DNA from: Chloroflexota bacterium
GTDB taxonomy: Bacteria; Chloroflexota; Dormibacteria; CF-121
Direction of reading: 5' to 3'
NCBI GenBank assembly: GCA_005880605.1
Contig: VBIS01000081.1
Span: forward strand, 1-50,695
DNA length: 50,695 nucleotides
Made by a program: the position numbers and the translations under genes. Below, piece after piece: positions 1 through 8,355 of this stretch. Positions within the stretch are counted from its first letter, which is position 1, and each line of letters begins with the position of its first letter. Below the pieces are notes generated by a model, which was not told the DNA's origin, ran no database searches, and saw nothing but the letters and a program-made list of their open reading frames with translations.

Positions 1-50
1 CGATGGTACTGGGCTGGCAACGGTCTGGGAGAGTAGGTCATCGCCGAGGT
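1..50 (+). rRNA. rrf: 5S ribosomal RNA, 3'-terminal fragment (5' part lies outside the window)
   Basis: nt 1-50 (cgatggtactgggc...ctgggagagtaggtcatcgccgagg) align by eye with the conserved 3' half of bacterial 5S rRNA (E. coli ...CGATGGTAGTGTGGGG...GAGAGTAGGGAACTGCCAGGCAT). A T-rich tract follows at 51-62. The end coordinate is approximate. Confidence 0.75.
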
Positions 51-109
51 CTTTTTCTTTTGCCCGGAAAACGGAACGGGCTCCAAGCTTGCCGGGATAA
101 TGGAGTCGA

Positions 110-1171
110 ATGGCTGGTTGGGCGCGCTGGCTGCGGCCGTCGATCAACTGGCTGATTGTCTTCATCCCCGCGTCGCTGATCGCGGAAGTGATCCGTCAGC
201 CGGTGCTGACCTTCATCACGGCGGCGCTCGCCATCATCCCGCTGGCCGGGTTGCTCGGCCGTGCCACGGACCAGCTGGCCATCTGCATCGGGCCGCGGCT
301 TGGCGGCCTGCTGAACGCCACCTTCGGAAACCTGACCGAGCTGATCGTCGGCGTGCTGCTGATCGCCGCCGGCGACTTCGAGGTGGTCAAGGCGTCGTTG
401 ATCGGTTCGATCATCGGGAATCTTCTGCTGGTGCTCGGCGTCTCGCTGTTTGTGGGCGGGCTGGGCCGGGACGAGCAGGCGTTTAGCGCCCGGGCGGCGG
501 GCGTCCATACCGCGTCCCTGGTCCTGGCGATTGCCGGCCTGGGCGTGCCGGCGCTCCTGATGGCCGCGTCGCCGAGCCTGTCCACCGGCGCTCGCCAGGT
601 CGTTTCCGTCGGTGTTGCGGGGACGCTCATCGTCCTTTACGCCGCCGCGCTGGTGTTCACCCAGTTCACCAACGCGCATCTCTTTCGCACGCCAGCCTCT
701 AGCGAGCGGCCGGAATGGTCGAGGAGGTTCGCTTCCAGCGTGCTGCTGGGTGCGGCCCTGCTAATCGGCCTCGAGTCGGAGCTGCTCGTGTCGGCGCTCA
801 ACCCCGCGCTTCAGTCGCTCAAGATCTCACCCATCTTCGTGGGTCTGATCCTGATCCCGGTGATCGGCAACGCCGCCGAGCACGCGTCGGCCGTGTTCTT
901 CGCGATCCGGGATAAGCTCGATGTCACGCTGGAGATCGCCGTCGGCTCCTCGACCCAGGTGGCGCTCTTCATCGCGCCAGCCATGGTCTTCATCAGCCTC
1001 CTGATCGGCCGGCCGATGGACTTTGTCTTCACCGGGTTCGAAATCAGTGCCGTGCTGATCGCCACCCTGCTGATCGCGGTGATTTCTCGGGACGGCCACA
1101 GCAACTGGCTCGAAGGCCTCCAGCTGGCAGGCGTCTACGCCATCATCGCGCTGGCGGCCTTCTTCCTCTAG
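110..1171 (+). CDS. cax: Ca2+/H+ antiporter, CaCA (CAX/ChaA-type) family
   Basis: 353-aa polytopic membrane ORF with both CaCA alpha-repeat signatures (NATFGNLTELIVGV and PVIGNAAEHASAV). GGAG lies just upstream of the ATG. Confidence 0.9.
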   Translation: MAGWARWLRPSINWLIVFIPASLIAEVIRQPVLTFITAALAIIPLAGLLGRATDQLAICIGPRLGGLLNATFGNLTELIVGVLLIAAGDFEVVKASLIGSIIGNLLLVLGVSLFVGGLGRDEQAFSARAAGVHTASLVLAIAGLGVPALLMAASPSLSTGARQVVSVGVAGTLIVLYAAALVFTQFTNAHLFRTPASSERPEWSRRFASSVLLGAALLIGLESELLVSALNPALQSLKISPIFVGLILIPVIGNAAEHASAVFFAIRDKLDVTLEIAVGSSTQVALFIAPAMVFISLLIGRPMDFVFTGFEISAVLIATLLIAVISRDGHSNWLEGLQLAGVYAIIALAAFFL

Positions 1172-2274
1172 CGCAGCAGCTCGCGCCGGACCGTCAAGCG
1201 TTCGACGAGGTCGACCTTGACCCGGACCCCCAGGCCCCATCGGGTCGGAACCGCGATGGTGCCGCCGCGCTGCAGGACGAAGGGCGGCTCGACGATATCC
1301 TCGGCCCAGTATCGGTCGCTGGCAGAAATGTCGCCAGGGAGGCGGAAGTTTGGCAGCGTCGCCAGCGCAACATTGCAGGCCCGGCCGATGCCCGTTTCCA
1401 GCATGCCGCCGCACCAGACCGGTGCCGACGCCTTGCTGGCCAGGTCGTGGATCCGGCGGGACTCGGCGAAGCCGCCAACCCTGCCCGGCTTGATGTTGAT
1501 CACGCGGCACGACCCCAACTCCAGGGCCTGTCGCGCCTCGCGGGCCGATTCGATGCTCTCATCGAGGCAGATGGGCGTGCGCAGCTGGCGCTGCAGGGCG
1601 GCGTGGTCGACCAGGTCGCCGGCGGTCAGCGGCTGCTCCAGCATCAGCAACCCGAACTGGTCGAGCTGGGCAAGGTGGGCGGCATCATCGAGCGTGTAGG
1701 CGCAGTTGGCATCCGCCATCAGCGTGATCTCCGGGTAGCGCTGGCGGATGGCCGCAATGGTCGTCACATCCCAGCCCGGCTCGATCTTGACCTTGATCCG
1801 GCGATAGCCCTGGGCCAGCTGGGCCCCGATGTTGTCGAGCAGCTCGTCGACGGTCGCCTGGATCCCGATACTGACGCCGGTCTCGACGCGATCACGCACG
1901 CCGCCAAGGAAGGTTGCGAGCGGCTTGCGCGCGTGCTCGGCGAGCGCGCCGGTGAACGCCATCTCGATGCAGGCCTTGGCCATGTGATGACCCCGAACCG
2001 GCGCGAATAGAGTTTCGAGCGCATCCACATCCGCCACCTCGCGCCCGATGATCGCCGGGACCAGGTAGCCCTTGAGGATCTGCCATGCGGTCTCGACCGT
2101 CTCGTACGAGTACCATGGTCCTTCGCCGGCGACGCACTCACCCCACTGGGACCGCCCGTCGATCTCGAGGCGCACCAGCAACGGATAGCGATCCTGCTGC
2201 ACGCCGAAGCTGGTGCGAAACGGCTGCAGCAGCCGCATCTTCAGCACCCGCAGCTCGACCGCCTGGATTTTCAC
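1168..2274 (-). CDS. enolase-superfamily o-succinylbenzoate synthase / N-succinylamino-acid racemase (OSBS/NSAR subgroup)
   Basis: 368 aa. Carries the catalytic KxK (RRIKVKI), metal ligands in MADAN, MLEQP and LDES, and the second Lys in NIKPGRVGG. GTG start overlaps the upstream GNAT stop (GTGA). No other men genes are nearby. Confidence 0.85.
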   Translation of the reverse strand: MKIQAVELRVLKMRLLQPFRTSFGVQQDRYPLLVRLEIDGRSQWGECVAGEGPWYSYETVETAWQILKGYLVPAIIGREVADVDALETLFAPVRGHHMAKACIEMAFTGALAEHARKPLATFLGGVRDRVETGVSIGIQATVDELLDNIGAQLAQGYRRIKVKIEPGWDVTTIAAIRQRYPEITLMADANCAYTLDDAAHLAQLDQFGLLMLEQPLTAGDLVDHAALQRQLRTPICLDESIESAREARQALELGSCRVINIKPGRVGGFAESRRIHDLASKASAPVWCGGMLETGIGRACNVALATLPNFRLPGDISASDRYWAEDIVEPPFVLQRGGTIAVPTRWGLGVRVKVDLVERLTVRRELLR

Positions 2275-3080
2275 GACGCGCGAGCCATCACGTAGGCACC
2301 CTCGCGCCGGAAATCCACGGCGATCATGCCGGCAGAGAGCGCCGCTTCGAGCGCGGCCCGGCTCTCGAGCCGCCAGCGCTGGGCGAACTCGAGACTCCGC
2401 TTCTTGACGGCCTGGAAATCCTGCGGCACGGCGATCAGGACGGCCGGGGCCGTCGCGAGGTCGACCGCCTCCCGGATGGGCTCGTCACCGGCCAGCCGCA
2501 GCATCACGGCCGGCTCACCGATTGGCGCCCTCAGCCTTGGCCGATCCAGCCACCATTCGGCCTCGAACCGGTCGGAAGGCAGGCCACGGTTGAGCTCGTC
2601 TTCCATTTGTCCGTAATGGTTCCGATCGTACAGGCGCGCGATGCATCCCAGCCGGTGAAGATTGATATAAGCGTTGCGGGCCTCCAGCGGATCGAAGGTC
2701 CAGGACACCAGCGGATAGCCGAGCCGCCGCGCGTCGTTACGCTGAGCCTGCTTGAGCTCGATGCCGATCCCGGTGCCACGGAGCTCCGGGATGACGCCGA
2801 GCTGATGCGAGCACAGCCGCAGCTGCCCGTCGCGCAGGCCCGCAAACCCGAAGCAAAAGCCAACCAGCCGGCCGTCGGGAAGAAAGGCGCCGTGCACCAG
2901 GCCACCGTTGAGCTGCATCGTGAGGAGCAGTTCGCGCGGCACCACGTTGCGCTCCGCAGCGCCCCAGATGTCCCGGCTCAGCGCCTCGCAGGCAGCGAAC
3001 TCAGCATGGGAGCGGGCGAGCCGCACCTCCACCTGATGGCGAGGCGGCGACCCGGACGACGGCGGCGGCACGCGCCACAT
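2271..3080 (-). CDS. GNAT-fold acyltransferase (COG3375-like, the type found next to NSAR genes)
   Basis: 269 aa. Acyl-CoA binding core HQLGVIPELRGTGIGIELKQAQ. 4-nt GTGA overlap with the NSAR/OSBS gene implies co-translation. Confidence 0.7.
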   Translation of the reverse strand: MWRVPPPSSGSPPRHQVEVRLARSHAEFAACEALSRDIWGAAERNVVPRELLLTMQLNGGLVHGAFLPDGRLVGFCFGFAGLRDGQLRLCSHQLGVIPELRGTGIGIELKQAQRNDARRLGYPLVSWTFDPLEARNAYINLHRLGCIARLYDRNHYGQMEDELNRGLPSDRFEAEWWLDRPRLRAPIGEPAVMLRLAGDEPIREAVDLATAPAVLIAVPQDFQAVKKRSLEFAQRWRLESRAALEAALSAGMIAVDFRREGAYVMARAS

Positions 3081-3096
3081 CCTAACGCGCAGCCGC

Positions 3097-3142
3097 CCGA
3101 CGCGCCGACGGCCGACGCGCCGACGCGCGACGCGCCGACGCC
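3097..3142. repeat. three tandem copies of a 15-16 nt unit (CGACGCGCCGACG + 2-3 nt)
   Basis: ccgacgcgccgacgg / ccgacgcgccgacgcg / cgacgcgccgacgcc, read directly. They fill most of the 62-nt spacer between the SLT-like gene stop (3143) and the GNAT start (3080). Confidence 0.8.
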
Positions 3143-3766
3143 TTACTTACAGGTCCAGGCGCTCTGGCGACCGGCGTTGTAGAAGACGAGCGCGCCCCGT
3201 GCCTGGGCATACGGATCCCAGATGTTCTGGCCGGGGAAATTGGCATTCCAGGTGGCGGGCATGAACTGGAACAGCCCGCTGGCGCCGCTGGAGCGATTGA
3301 CGGCCAGCGGATTGTAATGGCTCTCGCAGTTGGCAACCCGCAGCGCCCAGCTCAGGCCGGGGCTGTTGCCAAACACGGCGTAGATGGCGGCCAGTCCATC
3401 TCCGCCCGAGCCGGGAGGCGGCGGGGTGAAGGCGGGGGGTGCAATCGGCTTGGGGGCAGGCGCGGGGGGTGTCGCCGCCACGATCACGTCGGGTGCCGGA
3501 CGCTCCTCGAGCGCCGAGGCCTTGAGGACCTCGCGGATCGGGGCATTGCGGACCAGACCGTGGCCCACCAGAGTGATAGAGAGCTGCCGGTGGCGAACCC
3601 GGATGCGATCGATGACCTGGCGGCGACGGCGCTGGAGGCGCCAGTAGCGGAGGACCGCCCGGGCAGCCCATTCAGAGACCACAAGATGGTGGATTCGCGC
3701 GCGGGTCAACCGCAAGATATGGGCGTGAGCCTTCGAGACAATAGCAATAACCCCTGTAACGTTCAT
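3143..3766 (-). CDS. lytic transglycosylase-like cell-wall hydrolase (SLT / transglycosylase-like domain)
   Basis: 207 aa. The C-terminal CESHYNPLAVNRSSGASGLFQFMPATW matches the catalytic Glu-Ser...GLxQ signature of SLT muramidases. Has a Pro/Ala-rich linker. SD GGAGGGAAGG lies 8 nt before the ATG. Confidence 0.7.
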   Translation of the reverse strand: MNVTGVIAIVSKAHAHILRLTRARIHHLVVSEWAARAVLRYWRLQRRRRQVIDRIRVRHRQLSITLVGHGLVRNAPIREVLKASALEERPAPDVIVAATPPAPAPKPIAPPAFTPPPPGSGGDGLAAIYAVFGNSPGLSWALRVANCESHYNPLAVNRSSGASGLFQFMPATWNANFPGQNIWDPYAQARGALVFYNAGRQSAWTCK

Positions 3767-3769
3767 GGA

Positions 3770-3834
3770 GCCTTCCCTCCGTCACCCGACGAACGTCAAC
3801 CCTTCTGGTCCGTGGGCGAAAACGGGAGGAAGGC
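3770..3834 (-). promoter_or_regulatory. 5' leader stem that can sequester the Shine-Dalgarno of the SLT-like gene
   Basis: In the mRNA sense, GCCUUCCUCCCG (3834-3823) can pair with CGGAGGGAAGGC (3781-3770, containing the SD): 10 Watson-Crick pairs, 1 GU and 1 mismatch, with a 41-nt loop. Confidence 0.3.
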
Positions 3835-3905
3835 GATTGGCTACGACGCGGCGTAACGGACCGTCGACCACCCTACCACAGGGGGTGGGCCGGGCGTCAA
3901 GTCGC

Positions 3906-4943
3906 CTACAAGGCCTCGATCAGCCGCCGGAGCAGCTCGGTCCGATCGAGCCAGCTCTGGATCAGCAGGTGTTCGGAGTCGGCGTGCGCGCCGCCCCCGT
4001 CCGGGCCAAGCCCATCGAGCGTGGCGACACCGATGGCGGCGGTGAAATTGCCGTCGCTGCCGCCCCCGGTGCTGGTCTCGCTCAGTGCAAAGCCAACCTC
4101 ACCGGCGAGGCGCTGCGCCAGCTGGGCCAGGCGGATGGTGCCGGCGCTGCGCTCCATCGGCGGCCGGTCGACGCCGCCGCTGACGTGGAGGCGGGCGCCC
4201 GCGAGCTTCGGTTGCAGGTCGTTGATGGCGCGCACCACCCGCTCCGCCTCCGTGGCCCGTGCAAAGCGGACGTCGATCTCGGCTCGAGCATGGGCGGCGA
4301 CGACGTTGGGTCGGGTGCCGCCGCCAACCACCCCGACGTTGATGGTGGTCCCGCTGGCCGGGTCGCTCAGCGCCCTGAGGGCCAGCACCTGGTGCGCCAG
4401 CTCCTCGATGGCGCTGATCCCCTTCTCCGGCTCGACGCCGGCGTGGGCGGCGCGGCCGTCGACCTCGAGGATGAAATCCGCGATGCCCTTGCGGGCGGTC
4501 TTGATGGCGCCTCCGCTGGCGGCGGGCTCTAACACCAACACCGCCGCCGCCTTCCGGGCCGTCTCCTCGATCAGCGCGCGGGAGCTGGCGCTCCCGATCT
4601 CCTCATCAGAGGTCGACAGAACGACCACGGGCCGTTTCGGCTTGGCCGACTCGAGGGCGAAGGCGGCTTCGACAATACCGGCCTTCATGTCATAGCTCCC
4701 TGGACCGGTGACCACGATCGGTTCGACGCCTTCGCCGATCCGGATCTCCAGGTGGTCACCGCGGTCGGGTCGCCGATGCCGGATGGCGGCGACGCCGGTC
4801 CGCTGCCGGAATAGCTCGGCGACCTGGTCAGCGCACGCGTCGCAACGCCCCTTGTCGAGCGAGGGCGACTCGGCGACTACGAGGCGCTCCAGGGCGGCGG
4901 CCATGGCGGTCCGGTCGGGCCTTTGCATCAGGGTGCCGTCCAT
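3906..4943 (-). CDS. M20-family metallo-amidohydrolase / carboxypeptidase (candidate N-acyl-L-amino-acid deacylase)
   Basis: M20-type motifs VVLSTSDEEIGS, GGGSDGN and GLGPDGGGAHADSEHL. Start placed at ATG 4943 (MDGTLMQ..), because the longer ORF to 5111 would overlap the divergent trpB-like gene. ATG 4928 is also possible. Confidence 0.75.
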   Translation of the reverse strand: MDGTLMQRPDRTAMAAALERLVVAESPSLDKGRCDACADQVAELFRQRTGVAAIRHRRPDRGDHLEIRIGEGVEPIVVTGPGSYDMKAGIVEAAFALESAKPKRPVVVLSTSDEEIGSASSRALIEETARKAAAVLVLEPAASGGAIKTARKGIADFILEVDGRAAHAGVEPEKGISAIEELAHQVLALRALSDPASGTTINVGVVGGGTRPNVVAAHARAEIDVRFARATEAERVVRAINDLQPKLAGARLHVSGGVDRPPMERSAGTIRLAQLAQRLAGEVGFALSETSTGGGSDGNFTAAIGVATLDGLGPDGGGAHADSEHLLIQSWLDRTELLRRLIEAL

Positions 4944-5002
4944 GCTAAAACAGGCGGGAAGAGGGGCACGCTGACCATGCGGACCACAGGAGGAGAAAGG
5001 CC

Positions 5003-6367
5003 ATGAGCGTACGCGCGCCTGATGTCGCCAACCGGATCGTCCTCGACGAAAAAGAGATGCCGACGCGCTGGTACAACATCCAGGCGGACCTCCCATTTCC
5101 GGGAAGCCCACCGCTTCACCCTGGCACGCGGCAGCCGATCGGCCCGCAGGATCTGGCGCCGTTGTTCCCGATGGAGCTGATCAAGCAGGAAGTCTCGCAA
5201 GAACGCTACATCGACATCCCGCAACCGGTTCAGGAAGCGCTGCGACTATGGCGGCCGACGCCCCTGATGCGCGCCACCCGCCTGGAACGAGAGCTCAAGA
5301 CCACGGCCAAGATCTACTACAAGTACGAGGGGGTCAGCCCGCCCGGTTCGCACAAGCCGAACACGGCGGTCGCGCAGGCCTTCTACAACAAAGCCGAGGG
5401 CACCAAGCGGTTGGCGACCGAGACCGGCGCGGGTCAGTGGGGGAGTGCCCTTGCCTTTGCTGCCCGCATCTTCGACCTCGAGTGCATGGTGTACATGGTG
5501 CGGATCAGCTATGAGCAAAAGCCGTACCGCAAGAGCATGATGCAGGTCTGGGGTGCCACCGTCGTGCCGAGCCCATCCGAGCTGACGAATGCCGGGCGGA
5601 AGATTCGCGCCGAGCATCCGGACTCCACCGGCAGCCTCGGCATCGCCATCTCCGAGGCGGTTGAGGATGCCGCGACCCGGGATGACACCAAGTACTCGCT
5701 GGGAAGCGTGCTCAACCATGTCCTGATGCATCAAACAATCATCGGCGAAGAGGCGATGGTGCAAATGGAGCGGGCGGGGGCGATGCCGGACCTCGTGGTC
5801 GGCTGCGTGGGTGGCGGCAGTAATTTCTCGGGGCTCGCGTTCCCCTTCCTGCGCGACCGGCTCCAGGGGAAGACCCGGACCCGGTTCCTGGCGGTTGAAC
5901 CGGACGCCTGTCCATCGATCACCCGGGGCAAGTACACCTATGACTTCGGCGACACCGGCGAAATGACGCCACTGGTCAAGATGCATACGCTCGGCCATGG
6001 CTTCATCCCGGACGGGATCCATGCCGGCGGCTTGCGTTACCACGGCATGGCGCCGCTGGTTTCCGCGCTGGTGGATCACGGCTTCATCGACGGGGTGGCC
6101 TACCCGCAGCGGACGGTGTTCGATGCCGCTGTGCAGTTCGCACGGACCGAGGGCACGATCCCCGCGCCGGAGTCAGCCCATGCGATTCGCGCGGTGATCG
6201 ACGAGGCGGTCAAGGCGCGCGAGCGCGGCGAGTCGCCCGTCATCCTCTTCAACCTGAGCGGGCATGGCCTGCTCGACCTGGCGGCGTACGACGCCTACTT
6301 CGCCGGGACCCTGTCGGATGTTGCGCTTTCGGAGACGCGCATCAAGGAACTCGTCGGCGCGCTGTAG
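5003..6367 (+). CDS. trpB2: TrpB-like PLP-dependent enzyme (TrpB2-type tryptophan synthase beta paralog)
   Basis: 454 aa. Has the long N-terminal extension typical of TrpB2 ([13 protein letters not shown]...), the PLP-Lys region [18 protein letters not shown], and GGGSNFSG. No trpA is adjacent. Confidence 0.85.
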   Translation: MSVRAPDVANRIVLDEKEMPTRWYNIQADLPFPGSPPLHPGTRQPIGPQDLAPLFPMELIKQEVSQERYIDIPQPVQEALRLWRPTPLMRATRLERELKTTAKIYYKYEGVSPPGSHKPNTAVAQAFYNKAEGTKRLATETGAGQWGSALAFAARIFDLECMVYMVRISYEQKPYRKSMMQVWGATVVPSPSELTNAGRKIRAEHPDSTGSLGIAISEAVEDAATRDDTKYSLGSVLNHVLMHQTIIGEEAMVQMERAGAMPDLVVGCVGGGSNFSGLAFPFLRDRLQGKTRTRFLAVEPDACPSITRGKYTYDFGDTGEMTPLVKMHTLGHGFIPDGIHAGGLRYHGMAPLVSALVDHGFIDGVAYPQRTVFDAAVQFARTEGTIPAPESAHAIRAVIDEAVKARERGESPVILFNLSGHGLLDLAAYDAYFAGTLSDVALSETRIKELVGAL

Positions 6368-6373
6368 ACCACG

Positions 6374-6400
6374 GGGAGGAGGCCCGGCCGGTCTCCTCCC
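6374..6400. terminator. GC-rich hairpin between convergent genes (possible bidirectional terminator, no U-tract)
   Basis: GGGAGGAG (6374-6381) pairs with CTCCTCCC (6393-6400) around an 11-nt loop. It lies in the 39-nt gap between the trpB2 stop and the KGG-protein stop. Confidence 0.35.
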
Positions 6401-6406
6401 GCTGCG

Positions 6407-6694
6407 TCAGCGGCGGCCCCCCTCGCGGCCGATGGCGGCCATCCGGTTGCGATCCTGGCTCGAGGCTTCGCCGCCCTTGCGGCCGGCGGCTCGTGCCTCT
6501 TCTGAGGAGAACTCGTGCGCCGATCCTTTTTCGTGGGCGGCCTTGCCGCCCTTGCTGCCCGCCGAGCGGGCTTCTTCGGGACTGAACTCATGGGCTGAGC
6601 CTTTTTGGTGGGCCGCCTGGCCGCCCTTGCTGGCGATCTCCCGCTGCTTTGCCTCATCCATGGAACCGAAGCCCCGCTTGCCGCTGACTGGCAT
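6407..6694 (-). CDS. general stress protein with KGG repeats
   Basis: Repeated SKGG..AAH.KGSAHEF units (stress-induced KGG motif). Start placed at ATG 6694 because AAGGAGG sits 7 nt upstream; the track ORF extends to 6736. Confidence 0.8.
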   Translation of the reverse strand: MPVSGKRGFGSMDEAKQREIASKGGQAAHQKGSAHEFSPEEARSAGSKGGKAAHEKGSAHEFSSEEARAAGRKGGEASSQDRNRMAAIGREGGRR

Positions 6695-6828
6695 TCTTTC
6701 GCCTCCTTTCAACTGGACGACGGCACGCAGGAGCATGGTGAGGCCCGCGAGCCACTGATGTTATTGCCGCTATCAATTTAGCTGACACGACTGGCGGGCT
6801 GTCAAGGATCAGCTTGCAAACGGACACG

Positions 6829-6862
6829 CAACAGGCCTCGCTCACCCCGGCGAGGCCTGTTG
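6829..6862 (-). terminator. strong hairpin downstream of the LapA-like gene
   Basis: Perfect 13-bp stem caacaggcctcgc / gcgaggcctgttg with an 8-nt loop, 32 nt past the stop at 6894. Only a weak U-run (gtttg) follows on the minus strand. Confidence 0.45.
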
Positions 6863-6893
6863 CTGTTAAAGCAGCGATGCCAGAACGACGGCG

Positions 6894-7403
6894 CTAGTAG
6901 CCGGCTGGCTCCCGGCCGCTGAAGAAAGCGCGCACCCTCTCCCCGAAGGTCGCGCGCGTGCGGTACGGCGCCGCGCTGCCCGAACGGTCTGGCGCGCTGC
7001 CGGCGCCCACCGGCTCGCGCTCCGGCGTGGTCGTTGACTCAATCGGCTCGCGGTCCCCGGAGGTGGCGGCTACCCCGCGCAGCTCGCTCCGGACGCGGGC
7101 ATTCTCCTCGCGCAGCCGCTGGTTGTCGCGACGCAAGTCGGTGATCGCGGATTCGCGCGTCGTGACCCGACGCCGCATCGAGCCCACGCGAACGCCGTGA
7201 ACCATGCCCGAGTAGATCATGTAGAGCAAGAGCAAGCCGCCGAACACGACGGCGGTCAGTACCACCGGGACCCAATCGGGGACCGCGGACCAGTGCCATT
7301 GCCACAGGGTCACGTCGTGGGTGCCGGCGTTCCCGCTCGTGGCGTAGACGGCGACGATTCCAGCGGCGACGATCAGGAGCAGCAGGAATAGGATCATGGG
7401 CAA
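6894..7403 (-). CDS. LapA-domain (DUF1049-like) membrane protein with C-terminal coiled-coil/charged tail
   Basis: 169 aa. Two N-terminal TM helices in the LapA arrangement (MILFLLLLIVAAGIV... and VPVVLTAVVFGGLLLLYMIY) are followed by RRDNQRLREENARVRSEL. Confidence 0.55.
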   Translation of the reverse strand: MPMILFLLLLIVAAGIVAVYATSGNAGTHDVTLWQWHWSAVPDWVPVVLTAVVFGGLLLLYMIYSGMVHGVRVGSMRRRVTTRESAITDLRRDNQRLREENARVRSELRGVAATSGDREPIESTTTPEREPVGAGSAPDRSGSAAPYRTRATFGERVRAFFSGREPAGY

Positions 7404-7485
7404 TCCCTCCAGGATTCTTGATTGACTGATAACAATACAGATATCACTTTACCTGACACCGACTTCGGGGGTCAAGGCGGCGAAC

Positions 7486-7974
7486 TTGGCTGAGCTCGTC
7501 ATTCGGCGGCTGGCGGCCGGTGACTGGGCGGCCTTCCGTGAGGTACGCCTGGCGGCGCTCCGAGATGCCCCTGAGGCGTTCGGGTCGACGGAGGCCGATG
7601 CGCAGCAGCTGGACGAGAAGGAGTGGCGGCGCCGCTTGGAGCAGCGGGCGGTCTTTGTGGCCGAGGTCTCACGCCAGCGCGTGGGACTGGCGGCGGGCAT
7701 TGGCGGCGACCAGCCAGGGGAAGCCGAACTCATCTCGATGTGGGTGGCGCCGGCCTGGCGCGGCCACGGCATTGGGGATCGGCTGGTGCAGGCCGTGCTG
7801 GCGTGGGCCAGGAGCGGAGGCTTGATGACCATGCACCTGTGGGTCGCGAAGGGCAACGCCCGAGCCGAGCGCCTCTACGCCCGGCATGGATTCGCAGCCA
7901 CCGGTCGCGTGCAGCCGATGGGAGGGGAGCGGTTCGATCTTCTCGAGTTCGAAATGCGGCGCCGTGTGGGCTAG
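7486..7974 (+). CDS. GNAT family N-acetyltransferase
   Basis: 162 aa. Has the motif-A-like WVAPAWRGHGIGDRLVQAVLAWA and the C-terminal YARHGF. TTG start. Confidence 0.8.
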   Translation: MAELVIRRLAAGDWAAFREVRLAALRDAPEAFGSTEADAQQLDEKEWRRRLEQRAVFVAEVSRQRVGLAAGIGGDQPGEAELISMWVAPAWRGHGIGDRLVQAVLAWARSGGLMTMHLWVAKGNARAERLYARHGFAATGRVQPMGGERFDLLEFEMRRRVG

Positions 7975-8213
7975 CGCAGGTCGCGGACGGCGGCGGTGCC
8001 GAGGAAGCCAGTGGCCAGGGCCACGGTCGCCAGCCGCATCGAATCGACGAGCCAGCCGCCGGCCGCGGTCAGGCTCAGCGTGAGGGCGGCGCACAGCGAG
8101 CTGCAGAGTCCGGCGATCAGCCAGAGCGGCCAGCGCCGGCGTCCAGGCCAGGCCAGCAGGACACACAAGATGAAGGCGACCAGGATGAAACCCCCCACCA
8201 TCCTGGTCGCCAT
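7971..8213 (-). CDS. small hypothetical membrane protein
   Basis: About 80 aa from ATG 8213 (MATRMVGGFILVAFILCVLLAW...) with 3 predicted hydrophobic helices. No recognisable family. The track ORF extends to 8321. Confidence 0.4.
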   Translation of the reverse strand: MATRMVGGFILVAFILCVLLAWPGRRRWPLWLIAGLCSSLCAALTLSLTAAGGWLVDSMRLATVALATGFLGTAAVRDLR

Positions 8214-8355
8214 CGGCGTGCCCCCCAGGTCGATTGGCACCCCCACTGGTGACAGCCTACGTCGGGTCCGCCTTGACCGGTATCCCCCAGGGTAATGAAA
8301 GATCGTCGCCGGCGATTCCAACCGGGGGAGGGAGAACGGGGGAGGGGGATCGCCG

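Noticed and set aside
3097-3142. Whether the tandem GC-rich repeat is a CRISPR array.
   Set aside because: There are only three directly abutting 15-16 nt units with no spacers and no cas genes. It is reported as a simple tandem repeat instead.
3767-3905. Calling the SLT-gene leader a cyclic-di-AMP (ydaO) riboswitch.
   Set aside because: The context fits, but I could not identify the conserved ydaO core (the pseudo-symmetric ACGGGGA/CCC elements) by eye. Only the SD/anti-SD pairing is claimed.
6407-6694. Whether the repetitive coding DNA of the KGG protein is an unusual repeat element.
   Set aside because: The repeats are in frame and correspond to the known KGG stress-protein motif. This is an ordinary gene.
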